Source of the DNA: Actinomycetes bacterium
Lineage (GTDB): Bacteria > Auribacterota > JAJCYG01
Assembly: GCA_029263055.1 (NCBI GenBank)
Contig: JAJCYG010000036.1
Coordinates: forward strand, 6,708 to 70,707
Length of the DNA: 64,000 bases
Direction of reading: 5' to 3'
A program made the position numbers and the translations under genes. Below the pieces are notes generated by a model. It made no database searches. It worked only from the letters and a program-made list of their open reading frames with translations, and was not told the origin of the DNA. Below are positions 1 through 9,664 of the stretch, piece by piece (position 1 is the first letter of the stretch; every line of letters starts with the position of its first letter).

Positions 1-423
1 TTTTTCTTTTAATAGGTGTGCTGCTTGGCTATGATGAACATTCATCATTGTGCTGGCATGTTTAGGGATTTTAACATTCATTTCATTCATTAGGTAAAGA
101 AGGCCTAAATCGTGAATAATGAGAGCATCTGGCTTGAGTTCTTCTAAGTATAAAAGGTATTCTTTTAGAGAAGCAATTTCTAAAGACGTTAGAAGGCTGT
201 TAAGAGTGATATAGGCTTTGACATTATGTTGATGAGCATATTCAATGGCTTTAGCTAAATCTTCATCTTTAAAATTAAGCCAATCACCATGCTGTCTCAT
301 TGCATATCGTTTACTACTAAGATAAACCGCATCGGCTCCAGCCCGAATAACAGCTTCCAAAGCCTCTTGAGAACCTGCTGGGGCTAAAAGTTCAATTCTT
401 TTGTTTTTATTGATCTTATGCAT
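1..423 (-). CDS. U32 family protein (UbiU/RlhA/TrhP-like Fe-S hydroxylase, annotated as peptidase), 3' end outside window
   Basis: Not in the ORF track. Manual translation from ATG at 423: MHKINKNKRIELLAPAGSQEALEAVIRAGADAVYLSSKRYAMRQ...DALIIHDLGLL...HASTMMNVH. ELLAPAG, GADAVY and HAST are U32 motifs. Start overlaps the end of the upstream MqnD-like gene. Confidence 0.9.
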   Translation of the reverse strand, partial: MHKINKNKRIELLAPAGSQEALEAVIRAGADAVYLSSKRYAMRQHGDWLNFKDEDLAKAIEYAHQHNVKAYITLNSLLTSLEIASLKEYLLYLEELKPDALIIHDLGLLYLMNEMNVKIPKHASTMMNVHHSQAAHLLKEK

Positions 424-1282
424 ATTCAACATCTCTTTCTTTTTGAGAAAAGACAATGTCTTGTTGAGGAACGTAATCGATTAATTTTCTCTGATAAGCT
501 CGTAGATAAAGTGTTTTTAGACCTAGAAGTACATCCTCGGGCATAGATAAGGTGTCTTCATTGGCAAACATTTTGACAAAATCATTTCGAACAATGCTTT
601 TTGGACCTCGTCCAAAATGACTTGCGAATTTTAATGCTTTAACAGGATGTTTCAATGCATAAACCATGCTTGCTTGAACCATCTCTTGAATTTGTTTTAT
701 TTTTTCTTCACCTAAGTCTCTTCGAACAACATTGAGACCAACAGGAAGGGGAAGGTGGGTCTCTTGATACCACTTGTTCCCTAAGCAGCAAACTTTATCT
801 ATTGTGCGTTGCGTATAATTTAAAAGTTCTTCATGAATTAAAACTCCCGCATCGACTTCTTCTGATTCAATAGCATCAGCAATAGCATCAAAGGGAAGGT
901 TGACTACTTCAAAATCTTGGTAAAAGTATCTTAATAAAAAATAACCTGTTGTGCTGCAACCAGGAACGCCTACTTTCTTTCCTGCTAGAGAGGTGATTTT
1001 TTTCCCTTTTTTACAACCTAGTACAGGTCCGTATCCTCGACCGACACTGGCTCCTGAAGACAAAATCGCATAATCCTTATCTATCTTTGGATAAAAAATA
1101 GATGAAATCGCGCAGACATCAAATATGCCCATGAGCGCCATTTCATTTAAATCGCGGATATGACCCTGGTAAAACTTAAATGAGTATTCTTTCGAAAGGG
1201 CTATCTTGTTTTTTTCTAAAGCATAATAGTGAAAGGCATCATCGGGATCAGGTGTGTAACCTATTCTTAGAAGCGTTTTCAT
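416..1282 (-). CDS. mqnD: MqnD-like protein (1,4-dihydroxy-6-naphthoate synthase, MqnA/MqnD family)
   Basis: Motifs GYTPDPDDAF, GASVGRGYGP, GVLIHE, LPLPVG and FANEDT match the MqnD family. Confidence 0.8.
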   Translation of the reverse strand: MKTLLRIGYTPDPDDAFHYYALEKNKIALSKEYSFKFYQGHIRDLNEMALMGIFDVCAISSIFYPKIDKDYAILSSGASVGRGYGPVLGCKKGKKITSLAGKKVGVPGCSTTGYFLLRYFYQDFEVVNLPFDAIADAIESEEVDAGVLIHEELLNYTQRTIDKVCCLGNKWYQETHLPLPVGLNVVRRDLGEEKIKQIQEMVQASMVYALKHPVKALKFASHFGRGPKSIVRNDFVKMFANEDTLSMPEDVLLGLKTLYLRAYQRKLIDYVPQQDIVFSQKERDVEYA

Positions 1283-2364
1283 TAATAAATTCCTCCCTCA
1301 ACTTTAAGTGTTAAATTATTTAAAGGCTGTGGATCTGCAATCCCATCCCATAAGCAACCTAATGCGATTGATTCTTCATTTATGGCATTTCGAATGCCTG
1401 TATCTCGTTCTAAAACATTTGGAAGAAAAACACTTTCATCTAATCGGTGAAATAAAACCTGGCCACGTTGATTGGGTTCAATAGGAGTCTTCAATCTTTC
1501 ATTTAAAGGAATGGATTTATCTAAGGAAATTAATTCAATTTGTAGTCGTTCTGAATGTGAATAATAGATGATTTGAGACGGCTCTTCTTTTAAGTCTTTT
1601 AAGCCGTGACAAACGCCAAAGAGACTGTTTCCGTAACCTGGAATAAGCACGGCATTAGGAAAGGAGTTCTTTATTTTTTTTATGGCCTCTTTTGAAATGG
1701 ACATGCCTCCAATATAAATACCTTTAATTTTTTCTCGGATGGTCTTATTTAATAGACTACTAATTGATTCTAAGACAATTGGAGTTGTAAATAAGTTCTC
1801 TATAAGTTGAGTGTTTAAAATCCTTATGGCTTGGCTTGTTACGTGATTCATGTATCGGTTTCGGGCAATAGACTTTGGGGCAAGCTTTCGATACCAGCGT
1901 GGGTCAAAGTCGATTGAAAAGGGGTCTGCACCACTTAATTTTTGTGCAATAGCATGTGAAGCTTTACCAATAACATGTGGCCCTCCGGGACCGATCCAGA
2001 GCCATCTTCCTTTGCCCGAAAACCCAAGATGTTGGGCTACTTGAGTAAAGGGATGAACGAAAATCTCTTCAAATTCATCTTTAAAGTAAGCGGTTGTTTT
2101 TGGAGTTCCTATTGTGCCACCTGTTTCGCAGAAAATTAGAGGCCGTTTTTCTTTTAAAAACTTTATAGGAATAAATTCTTCTATGGGTCTATTTGTTAAA
2201 TCGTCTAATTCCATTGACCCAAGTTTATATAGATCTTTTTTTTGTTGAATTTGATCGCGAACAGAAAAACCAAGTTTTTTCTCTTTTTTAAGCCAATAAG
2301 CACTCCCATGATTAGGATCAAAATGTAAATTGATAATAGTTTGAAGTCTAGAGAGAGATGTCAT
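1282..2364 (-). CDS. GriC/EhpF/EsmD-like carboxylate-adenylating enzyme (LuxE/PaaK-related)
   Basis: HFDPNHGSAYWL, adenylation loop ETGGTIGTPK, GPGGPH, DFDPRW, GYGNSLFG, PNVLERD. Confidence 0.7.
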   Translation of the reverse strand: MTSLSRLQTIINLHFDPNHGSAYWLKKEKKLGFSVRDQIQQKKDLYKLGSMELDDLTNRPIEEFIPIKFLKEKRPLIFCETGGTIGTPKTTAYFKDEFEEIFVHPFTQVAQHLGFSGKGRWLWIGPGGPHVIGKASHAIAQKLSGADPFSIDFDPRWYRKLAPKSIARNRYMNHVTSQAIRILNTQLIENLFTTPIVLESISSLLNKTIREKIKGIYIGGMSISKEAIKKIKNSFPNAVLIPGYGNSLFGVCHGLKDLKEEPSQIIYYSHSERLQIELISLDKSIPLNERLKTPIEPNQRGQVLFHRLDESVFLPNVLERDTGIRNAINEESIALGCLWDGIADPQPLNNLTLKVEGGIY

Positions 2365-4558
2365 TGTTTGGCTCCATTTTTGGTAAGAATTGAACTAAAG
2401 CGGGTAACATAAAAAGATCACATAAATAAGCGCTAAAAATAGCAATCATAGAGAGAATGCTGAATTGAATAATTGGAATAAAGTTGGATATTAAAAGAGA
2501 TGAAAACCCTAGACAAACAACAATAGATGTTAATCCAATAGCAGGGCCAATTTCTTTGACTGCTTCAGCCATGTTCTTTTTATTTTTATAGGTATAGAGA
2601 AGAAAAATGGTGTCATCCACAATAACGCCAATAAGAACAGCAGCGACAAAGACATTGATGTTGTTTATAGAGATGTTTAGTAAGGACATGATTCCGGCTG
2701 TAATGATAATGGGAAAAATGTTAGCGATCATAGAGATGAAGGCAATTTTAATTGATTTAAAAAGGATTAAAAAGCAGAGCGAAATAAGAAGAATTAAGAG
2801 AATAAACGTTTTGACCTGATTAGCTAAAAGTTGGGTTTGAGATTCAAGGATCAGAGGAATAATGCCTGTTATAGAGATTCTTACGTTTTCAGTTGAGATA
2901 TCTCTCCAAATGGTCTCAATGTTTTTCTTTATTTCAGGAAACCGTTTATCAGAGAAGTTTTTGAATCTTAGAGTCATTCTTGATGTCTCTTCTGACTCTG
3001 TTAAGAATATTGTTTTTGCTTGAGGAGAGCGTTGTTCGATTTTTCTCAAGGCTTTAATGAGTAAAGGATGGTTGTTATGGTTTTTATTAAGGCCTCCTCG
3101 ATGCATTTTTTTGAGTGCCTCATCCAGTGGATCAAAGATAGAGTTAATCTTAGTTAGTTCAGGGATTGTTTGCAGTCTTTGTTCAAAGGAGTATATTTTA
3201 TTTAATGAGTCTTTATTTGTTAAAGGTTGTTTGTCTAAAGATTGGAGAAGCAATTGAACCGTCAAAGTGCCTGTTAAGTTTTTTTCGGTTGATTGATAGG
3301 ACTTAATCAAAGGAGAATCTTGTTTAAAAAAGAATAATGCATCAGAATTAATTTTAAGTTTATTTAATTGAAAACCTAAGAAAAGTGTTATTAAACAAAA
3401 AAGAACAAGAATTAAGAGTGCTACTGGCTTTGACTGTTTTTGAAATCCCTTAATTTTAAATGTGAACGCTTGGATTGAGTGAAAATTTCCGTTGAGTAGA
3501 TGGTATAGGCTTGGAATAAAGAAATAGGCTGAGACAAAAGCTAAAAAAATTCCTATAGGAGCAATCCATCCAATGAGTGAAATAGCTTGCTGAGGAGAGA
3601 ATAAAAAAGCGGTTGTTCCCAGAGCAGTGGTAAAGGAAGCCATTAAACCTGGTGTAAAGGTCTCTTTATAAGCTTTTTTAAATGGGTGTGAAGCATGTTT
3701 ATTTAAGGCTATTTTATAAAAAAGGTGTATGGATAGGGTTGTCACAATACAGAACAAAAGAGGAAAAATTATTAACGAAGCTAAGGTAATAGAGACTTTA
3801 AATAGAGGGAATAAACAGAGTGTTGTTAAAACACTAAAGAGAGTTCCCATAGAGACGCAAAAGGCTATTTTAAAGCTTTTGAAGTAGAACATAAGTATTA
3901 GAAAAGAGAGAATGAGAAGCAATGGCAATATTTTAGTCAGGTCTTTTTTTAGAGAAGTCGCTAAAAATTTTGAAAAATAAATGGGCCCAGTTGTGTCAAA
4001 AGAGATATTGAGTTGTTTAAAGCGAAAGTTTAGGTCTTCATAAATGGTTTGATTTTTATTTTTTGAAGACGATTGAGCAAAAACAATAAGTGCTGATGTT
4101 TGTTTGTCCTTGGAGAGTACTAATTGGGACCATCCCTGGTGTTGGGATAGAGTTTGGATAAAGGTGTTTAGCTTAGAAAGGTGAATCGAAGGATTGGTAT
4201 AAAGTTCATTATAATTAAGGTTGTTTTCTTCTAAAAAGAGACTAATAGGATCAATAAAGTCTTCTACATTGGGATCTTTGGTCAATAGTTCTAAGAATTC
4301 AACATAATCTTTTAATAAAGAGTCATTGAGAATAGCTTGAGTATTAAAAGAAAATTGAAGGTATTCATCGTTTTTAAAGTGATGTGTGAGTTTTTGATAG
4401 CTTTGGTATAGAGGATCTTCTTTGTTTATCCAATCGTGAATATTGTTCTCTAGATGTGCTTTTGGTAATAAGAATAAAGTCCCTGTCATTAAGAGAAGAA
4501 CAATACCTGTTATAAATGGAGAGCGCTTTAAAATAAAGTCAGGAAGTCTCTTCTTCAT
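2348..4558 (-). CDS. MMPL/RND superfamily lipid exporter
   Basis: 736 aa with two repeats of a soluble loop plus TM bundle; IGVIVDDTI motif. Confidence 0.85.
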   Translation of the reverse strand: MKKRLPDFILKRSPFITGIVLLLMTGTLFLLPKAHLENNIHDWINKEDPLYQSYQKLTHHFKNDEYLQFSFNTQAILNDSLLKDYVEFLELLTKDPNVEDFIDPISLFLEENNLNYNELYTNPSIHLSKLNTFIQTLSQHQGWSQLVLSKDKQTSALIVFAQSSSKNKNQTIYEDLNFRFKQLNISFDTTGPIYFSKFLATSLKKDLTKILPLLLILSFLILMFYFKSFKIAFCVSMGTLFSVLTTLCLFPLFKVSITLASLIIFPLLFCIVTTLSIHLFYKIALNKHASHPFKKAYKETFTPGLMASFTTALGTTAFLFSPQQAISLIGWIAPIGIFLAFVSAYFFIPSLYHLLNGNFHSIQAFTFKIKGFQKQSKPVALLILVLFCLITLFLGFQLNKLKINSDALFFFKQDSPLIKSYQSTEKNLTGTLTVQLLLQSLDKQPLTNKDSLNKIYSFEQRLQTIPELTKINSIFDPLDEALKKMHRGGLNKNHNNHPLLIKALRKIEQRSPQAKTIFLTESEETSRMTLRFKNFSDKRFPEIKKNIETIWRDISTENVRISITGIIPLILESQTQLLANQVKTFILLILLISLCFLILFKSIKIAFISMIANIFPIIITAGIMSLLNISINNINVFVAAVLIGVIVDDTIFLLYTYKNKKNMAEAVKEIGPAIGLTSIVVCLGFSSLLISNFIPIIQFSILSMIAIFSAYLCDLFMLPALVQFLPKMEPNNDISL

Positions 4559-6138
4559 TATTCCTCTACGAGCTCCTCTATGAGTCGATCGTCTAGTTGC
4601 TTGAAGTATTCACTAAAGATAAACCCCAGTTTTAAGCCTTGTGACTGGTCTCCTAAAATTTTGAGTTTTCCTTGAAAAAAGGCTTCTCTAGGATTGAGTT
4701 TGCCATGGACCATTTCTTGAAAAACTGATTCTTCAATCTCATATCCAAAATCAAAAGAAGTTTCATTTTTTATTTCTAATTTTTTAAGGTGCCCTAAATT
4801 AAATTCCAAAAGTTCTTCAGTTGTGGAATCTCCTTTAATTCGAAAGAGGACCTTTGATTGAATAAAGTCAGCTCTCTTAAGTAGGCTCGTACCAAAATCT
4901 TGATTGGCAAAGTGGTGTAAGTATTTTTTAGAGTCATTAATATTGAGAGAGTCTAGAGCTGATGAGTGAAGTGAGAAACGTTTTTTGTTTTGTTTAAAAA
5001 AGTTAAGTTCATTTAAATAACTAAGTGCAATTGTATCGAGATTTGTCTTTTGTTCAAAAGGTCTAAGTATTGATTGTTCTTGATTCAGAAGCGTTAATGA
5101 AGGAGAAGAAAAAAGGTATGCTTCGTAAGCTTTTGTTGCGCGTTTAAATCTTTGCTCAAGAGGAGATCTTATTTTATTAGCGAGCTCTTCTTTAGATGTT
5201 AGGGCCACTCCGGAGAGGTTAAGAACTCGACAAAAAGCATCTCGAATAGCACTGAGTTTAAACTCTTTAGAAGCAATAACTGAAATGGTTTTTGATTTTA
5301 TCTCTTTTTGTTCTATTTGATTTAAAACAACATGGGCTAACGTTTGAATAGGAATCAAATTGAGAGAAATGGCTGGGTTCATCACAACCCTTAGAGGGAT
5401 ATGTACTTTATTGTCTGTTAGTTGGATCTCGTATTGGGAGTGAAGTTTTTGAGTTTTTTTTAAGTCGTGTAAACAGCATCGTTTAATAAAGTGGAGGGCT
5501 TTTAAAAAGGTATATAGGGTGGTTGCTGATTGGGTTTCTCCGATTACTGTTCCACCGATAACAATGCTAGGACGGTAGATAATTATGGGTTCAGTTGCCT
5601 TTTTTGTTTTTTCTTTTAAGAAGAGTTCTGCCTTAAATTTAGATTTTTCATATGCATTTTTAAAAGATTGTCCTATGTCGAGATCTTTTGAAGTAAAAGG
5701 CCCCGAATGGTTTCCCGCGACAAAGGCAGTGCTGATATGATGAAACGCTTTGCTTTTTAAATATTGATGGAGTTCATAAGCGTGACAAACACTCAAAAAA
5801 TTATTTTGGTGGAGCTCATTGGCGTAAATATCGTCAAAACAGGTCATGCCTGCAGAGTGAATAAAGTGATCAATATTATTTTTGAGATAATCTAGATGAT
5901 TCTGCTTGAGTCCAAATCGAGGAAGGGAGATGTCCCCCTCATACACAAATAGTTGCTCTTTTATTTGACTCGATGTGAGCTGTGTAAAAGGCTGCAGCAG
6001 CTGATGTAGACGTTCTTTTAATTTGCCTTCTTTTTTTCGGACGAGAGTGTGAACTCGATATCCTTTATTAAGAAGGCCTGCTAAAAGATGTTTGCCGATA
6101 TAGCCTGTAGCCCCAGTTAAAAATATGTTTTTTACCAT
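4558..6138 (-). CDS. Extended SDR (fatty acyl-CoA/thioester reductase type) fused to a C-terminal SCP2 lipid-binding domain
   Basis: TGATGYIG, HISTAFVAG, YEKSK and YRPSIV; C-terminal LNPREAFFQGKLKILGD is typical of SCP2. Confidence 0.8.
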   Translation of the reverse strand: MVKNIFLTGATGYIGKHLLAGLLNKGYRVHTLVRKKEGKLKERLHQLLQPFTQLTSSQIKEQLFVYEGDISLPRFGLKQNHLDYLKNNIDHFIHSAGMTCFDDIYANELHQNNFLSVCHAYELHQYLKSKAFHHISTAFVAGNHSGPFTSKDLDIGQSFKNAYEKSKFKAELFLKEKTKKATEPIIIYRPSIVIGGTVIGETQSATTLYTFLKALHFIKRCCLHDLKKTQKLHSQYEIQLTDNKVHIPLRVVMNPAISLNLIPIQTLAHVVLNQIEQKEIKSKTISVIASKEFKLSAIRDAFCRVLNLSGVALTSKEELANKIRSPLEQRFKRATKAYEAYLFSSPSLTLLNQEQSILRPFEQKTNLDTIALSYLNELNFFKQNKKRFSLHSSALDSLNINDSKKYLHHFANQDFGTSLLKRADFIQSKVLFRIKGDSTTEELLEFNLGHLKKLEIKNETSFDFGYEIEESVFQEMVHGKLNPREAFFQGKLKILGDQSQGLKLGFIFSEYFKQLDDRLIEELVEE

Positions 6139-6257
6139 GAATGAAAGAACCTATTATTTATGTTTTGGTTATGTTAAAGGATGGACTTAAATCTTAGATT
6201 AAAAGAGGATTAACTTTTTTTAATAATAGAGGCTGTTGTTATTTTTTTTCTTGTTCT

Positions 6258-6542
6258 TTACCAGGTGTTTTGGCAGGAATTACAAAACCATTCAGGGTAG
6301 CAGTCGTGAATAATGCACCCTCCGAGTCTAACTTTTCCTTTTTCAGCTTTTTTGAGTAGCTCGGGTCCAGGAAAACCATACACAATAGGGATGGTGTTTT
6401 TGTTTGAGTGGCACTGTCTGCAAAAGTCTCCTGGATCTTCTAAAGTTGCGTTATGAGGTTGTTTGCCATCACTCCATGACGGAGTGGGTGTCACAAGGAA
6501 CAAAATCAAAAAGAGTGGATAGAGTTTGATGAGTTGTTTCAT
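6258..6542 (-). CDS. Small exported Cys-rich protein (CxxC...YGxP...LGGC...CxxC type)
   Basis: Signal peptide; CRQCH, IVYGFP, LGGC, CNSC; GAGG SD upstream. Confidence 0.7.
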   Translation of the reverse strand: MKQLIKLYPLFLILFLVTPTPSWSDGKQPHNATLEDPGDFCRQCHSNKNTIPIVYGFPGPELLKKAEKGKVRLGGCIIHDCYPEWFCNSCQNTW

Positions 6543-6585
6543 TTTACCTCAATTAATTTGACGTAAAAAAGAAGTCGATATTCCT

Positions 6586-7566
6586 CTATTTTATTCTATT
6601 AATGACAGCGTTATAGAGGAGACGTCCCTTATAGTCGATAAATTCCGCTCGCATCTGATCTTTGTTTATTGTTAGACCTAAAAATCCACAGATTCCTTGA
6701 GAAAATAAAGCCTCATCTTTGCCTGTTTCTCTTGTTTTGCAGCCTGTCCCTGAAACAAGATAATCAATCGTGCCATGTGGATTGAGGTGTTGGAGGTTGT
6801 GCTCATGGCCACAGAGGTATGCTTGAACAGAATATTTTTCTAATATCGGTTTTACATGTTTGATTAACTCTTCTGATTTTTTATATCTTGGACCTGCAGA
6901 ATAAACTGGATGATGGCCAATAACAATGTTCCATTGAGCCTTTGATTCAGAAAGTGTTTTTTCAAGCCATTTAAGTTGTCGGCCAATCTCTTGATTCTTT
7001 AAATTCTGTTCAAATTTTTTAATGGTGTAATAAAAAAGGATAAAAGGGTTGGTATCTAAAAAGATAAACCGCACTGAGTTTTGAGCATCTATTTGTTTAT
7101 CAATAAAGTAATAACGAGCCGGTAGATTCCATCGATTGCTTATCTTTGAGTAGTCAATTTGAGCTTGGAGATTGCCTGAATAATCATGGTTGCCTAATGA
7201 AGCATACCAAGGAACCATTAAAGATGGGGCAGTATAGACATCTTCAAAAGCATTGTCCCATTTGGGATCTTCAGTACTTTTAACTCCATCTGTATAAAAG
7301 TTATCACCTGTTGTGAGAATGAAATTAGACTGATATTTTTTTGCATAACGGCCCATTTGTTTAGCCACAGATCGTTGGAGGTAAGAGCCTCTTTTTCCCC
7401 AATCACCTAAGGCGATAAAATTAAGATTAGGCTCAGAAATTTGTGGCTGATAGGGTGCTTCAAAACTTAAATATTTTTCAGTAAATAAAACAAATAGACA
7501 TGACAAAATAACGAGGCAACATGTGGCAATAATAAAGAATGGCTTTGGCCTATGAGACTTTTTCAG
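6586..7566 (-). CDS. Purple/tartrate-resistant acid phosphatase family metallophosphoesterase (track start 7506; probable start CTG 7566)
   Basis: GDWG, GDNFY, GNHD, GHH and GHEH metal motifs. Frame is open upstream to a CTG overlapping the preceding stop. Confidence 0.88.
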   Translation of the reverse strand: MKKSHRPKPFFIIATCCLVILSCLFVLFTEKYLSFEAPYQPQISEPNLNFIALGDWGKRGSYLQRSVAKQMGRYAKKYQSNFILTTGDNFYTDGVKSTEDPKWDNAFEDVYTAPSLMVPWYASLGNHDYSGNLQAQIDYSKISNRWNLPARYYFIDKQIDAQNSVRFIFLDTNPFILFYYTIKKFEQNLKNQEIGRQLKWLEKTLSESKAQWNIVIGHHPVYSAGPRYKKSEELIKHVKPILEKYSVQAYLCGHEHNLQHLNPHGTIDYLVSGTGCKTRETGKDEALFSQGICGFLGLTINKDQMRAEFIDYKGRLLYNAVINRIK

Positions 7567-8132
7567 TGGAGAGTGTCCTTAAGTTCATTTATTGAAACAA
7601 AAGCAGAAATCATTAATAAAACAGAACCTATGGCTTCGGTTGCCTCTTCTAAATAGTCCTCTATAGGATCAATGATGCTTCTATCTATTGAAACGCTAGA
7701 GTGTAAGGCGCCATGATCTAGAGAGTACCCTAACACCCATAGAAAAAAGGTGGTAGACCAAAGAAGTAAGAGTGTGGGTTGTTGTTTAAGAGCAGCGATG
7801 ATCAATGAGCGCTTTGGATAAGCCCAGAAAATCGCAATTAATATTAAAGTGTAATAGGGGACACTAGAAAAAGGATCCCAATTAAATTCAACGCCATGCC
7901 AGTCCCTAACAGATAAAGCCACTAAAATAGTTCCAAACCAGATAGAAAAAAGGTGTTTGTTTATCCTGTAGTTTAAAAAGCAAAAGAGTGTGCCAATAAC
8001 AAGAGAAGCAAGAGAAAGTATTTCCCAAAAATTTTTATCAAGTCCTAATTGATCTGAAGGAAAATAGAGGGCAAAAAGAATAAGGGTTATAGAAAAAAAA
8101 CCAAGTATGCTTTTAAAGAGAGCCTTCTTCAT
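7563..8132 (-). CDS. Hypothetical integral membrane protein
   Basis: About 6 hydrophobic segments; EEATE motif near the C-terminus; within an operon. Confidence 0.7.
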   Translation of the reverse strand: MKKALFKSILGFFSITLILFALYFPSDQLGLDKNFWEILSLASLVIGTLFCFLNYRINKHLFSIWFGTILVALSVRDWHGVEFNWDPFSSVPYYTLILIAIFWAYPKRSLIIAALKQQPTLLLLWSTTFFLWVLGYSLDHGALHSSVSIDRSIIDPIEDYLEEATEAIGSVLLMISAFVSINELKDTLH

Positions 8133-8145
8133 GTCTTAATCACCT

Positions 8146-9579
8146 TCAGTTATTGATAGCAGTGACAACATGGTACGTGTCGCTTCCAATTTTCTGAGTC
8201 ATTCGAATTGTGATCTCTTCTTTAAAAGTATCTTCCATTTTAGGCTTTTGAATTAAAGCCACATTATTTGGATTTGACTTTAAAAATTGGATGAGTCTAT
8301 TGCTATCGTCTATCTTTTTTATAACATGGTCTCCTCCTAAATAATAGAGAAAAGATTCTTTGAAAAATTGATAGCTCGCACATTCTCCATTATTCTGTAC
8401 CAAGGGCTTGATTTGATTGCAAAGGGATCGAGCTGATTTGTATTTGTCTAAAACCGGATAAAAAACGAGCAGTACAAGAGTATAAATCGATGTAGCCACT
8501 ATTAGAATGACATAAAAAGCGCGCTTTATTTTAGCTTTAGAGACTAGTTGTGAAAAGTATTGGCTTAAGAAGAGTGCAAAAGCAGGAAATAGCGGAAGAA
8601 GGTAAAGACTCCGTTTTGAGTCTGAAAGAGTAAAGAAAATAAAAACAAGGCTAAACCAGACAATGAGAAATTTATGAGAAGGCGTTAACTTTTCTTTTGC
8701 TCGGCGTAATTGAATAATGGCTAAAGGAAGAAAAAAGATCCAAGGCATTGCATCGACGGGGAAGTTAATAAAATAATAGTAAAAGGGACGTATGTGCCCT
8801 GATGGGGCTATATAGCGAAAAAAATTGTGAACAATAAAATGTTGATAAAGGTATTCAGAACCTGCTTGCTCGTAGGCAAGCCAAACCCAAACCCCTATTG
8901 TAGAGACAAGGATTAAGAGTCCTAACGGAATCCACATCTTTAATAAAAAACTGAGCTGACGTTGCCACAGAAGAAAGAAAAAGATGATGCCGCATGGAAT
9001 AAGAATGCCAATAGGGCCCTTTGTTAAAAACCCCCCCGCCAAGGTTAGGTAAAAGACAAACCATAGACACGCTTCTTTATCATCAGAATATTTTGGCTTT
9101 GAGGTATACACAGTCCAAAAGAGAGCTAAAGATGAAAGAATAAAAAAAGCGAGAAGCATATCGAGCTGACCCCATGATGCTTGCCACCAGAAGCGATAGG
9201 TGGTGGCTAAAATCAGCATGGCGATCAATCCGGTTTTTAAATCAAACATCTCTTTGCCTAAGTGAATAAGAATTAAGAGCGCCAAAACAGCTGCTATGGC
9301 TGAAGGAATGCGTGCTGTAAAAGCATTAGTTTCCCCTTTAAAAAAAAGTTTGGATGCTGCAACCGTGACCCAAACATAAGCAGGAGGTTTGTCAGTATAG
9401 ATTTCTCCGTTTAAGTGAGGAACCGTGTAGTTTTCTGTCTGTATCATTTCCCGGGCAACTTGGGCAAACCGCGGTTCGTCTGGATTCCAAAGGTCGCGAG
9501 TACTAATCCCTACGAGAAGGACAAAGCTAAAAAAGACCAAAAAGAGGCTGGCCCAACGTTTAGTGATTGTTATATCCAT
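8146..9579 (-). CDS. ArnT/PMT-family (GT-C) glycosyltransferase, lipid A aminosugar transferase-like
   Basis: DEPRFAQVAREM, YTDKPP, FLTKGP, SKRSLYLLP; multi-TM. Confidence 0.88.
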   Translation of the reverse strand: MDITITKRWASLFLVFFSFVLLVGISTRDLWNPDEPRFAQVAREMIQTENYTVPHLNGEIYTDKPPAYVWVTVAASKLFFKGETNAFTARIPSAIAAVLALLILIHLGKEMFDLKTGLIAMLILATTYRFWWQASWGQLDMLLAFFILSSLALFWTVYTSKPKYSDDKEACLWFVFYLTLAGGFLTKGPIGILIPCGIIFFFLLWQRQLSFLLKMWIPLGLLILVSTIGVWVWLAYEQAGSEYLYQHFIVHNFFRYIAPSGHIRPFYYYFINFPVDAMPWIFFLPLAIIQLRRAKEKLTPSHKFLIVWFSLVFIFFTLSDSKRSLYLLPLFPAFALFLSQYFSQLVSKAKIKRAFYVILIVATSIYTLVLLVFYPVLDKYKSARSLCNQIKPLVQNNGECASYQFFKESFLYYLGGDHVIKKIDDSNRLIQFLKSNPNNVALIQKPKMEDTFKEEITIRMTQKIGSDTYHVVTAINN

Positions 9580-9664
9580 GAGGGATAAGATCTCTTATTC
9601 TTTTTCATGTTTAGATAAAGTCTAACTTCTATAGTTAAATGGAAGATGAACAGAAAATTAAAAT

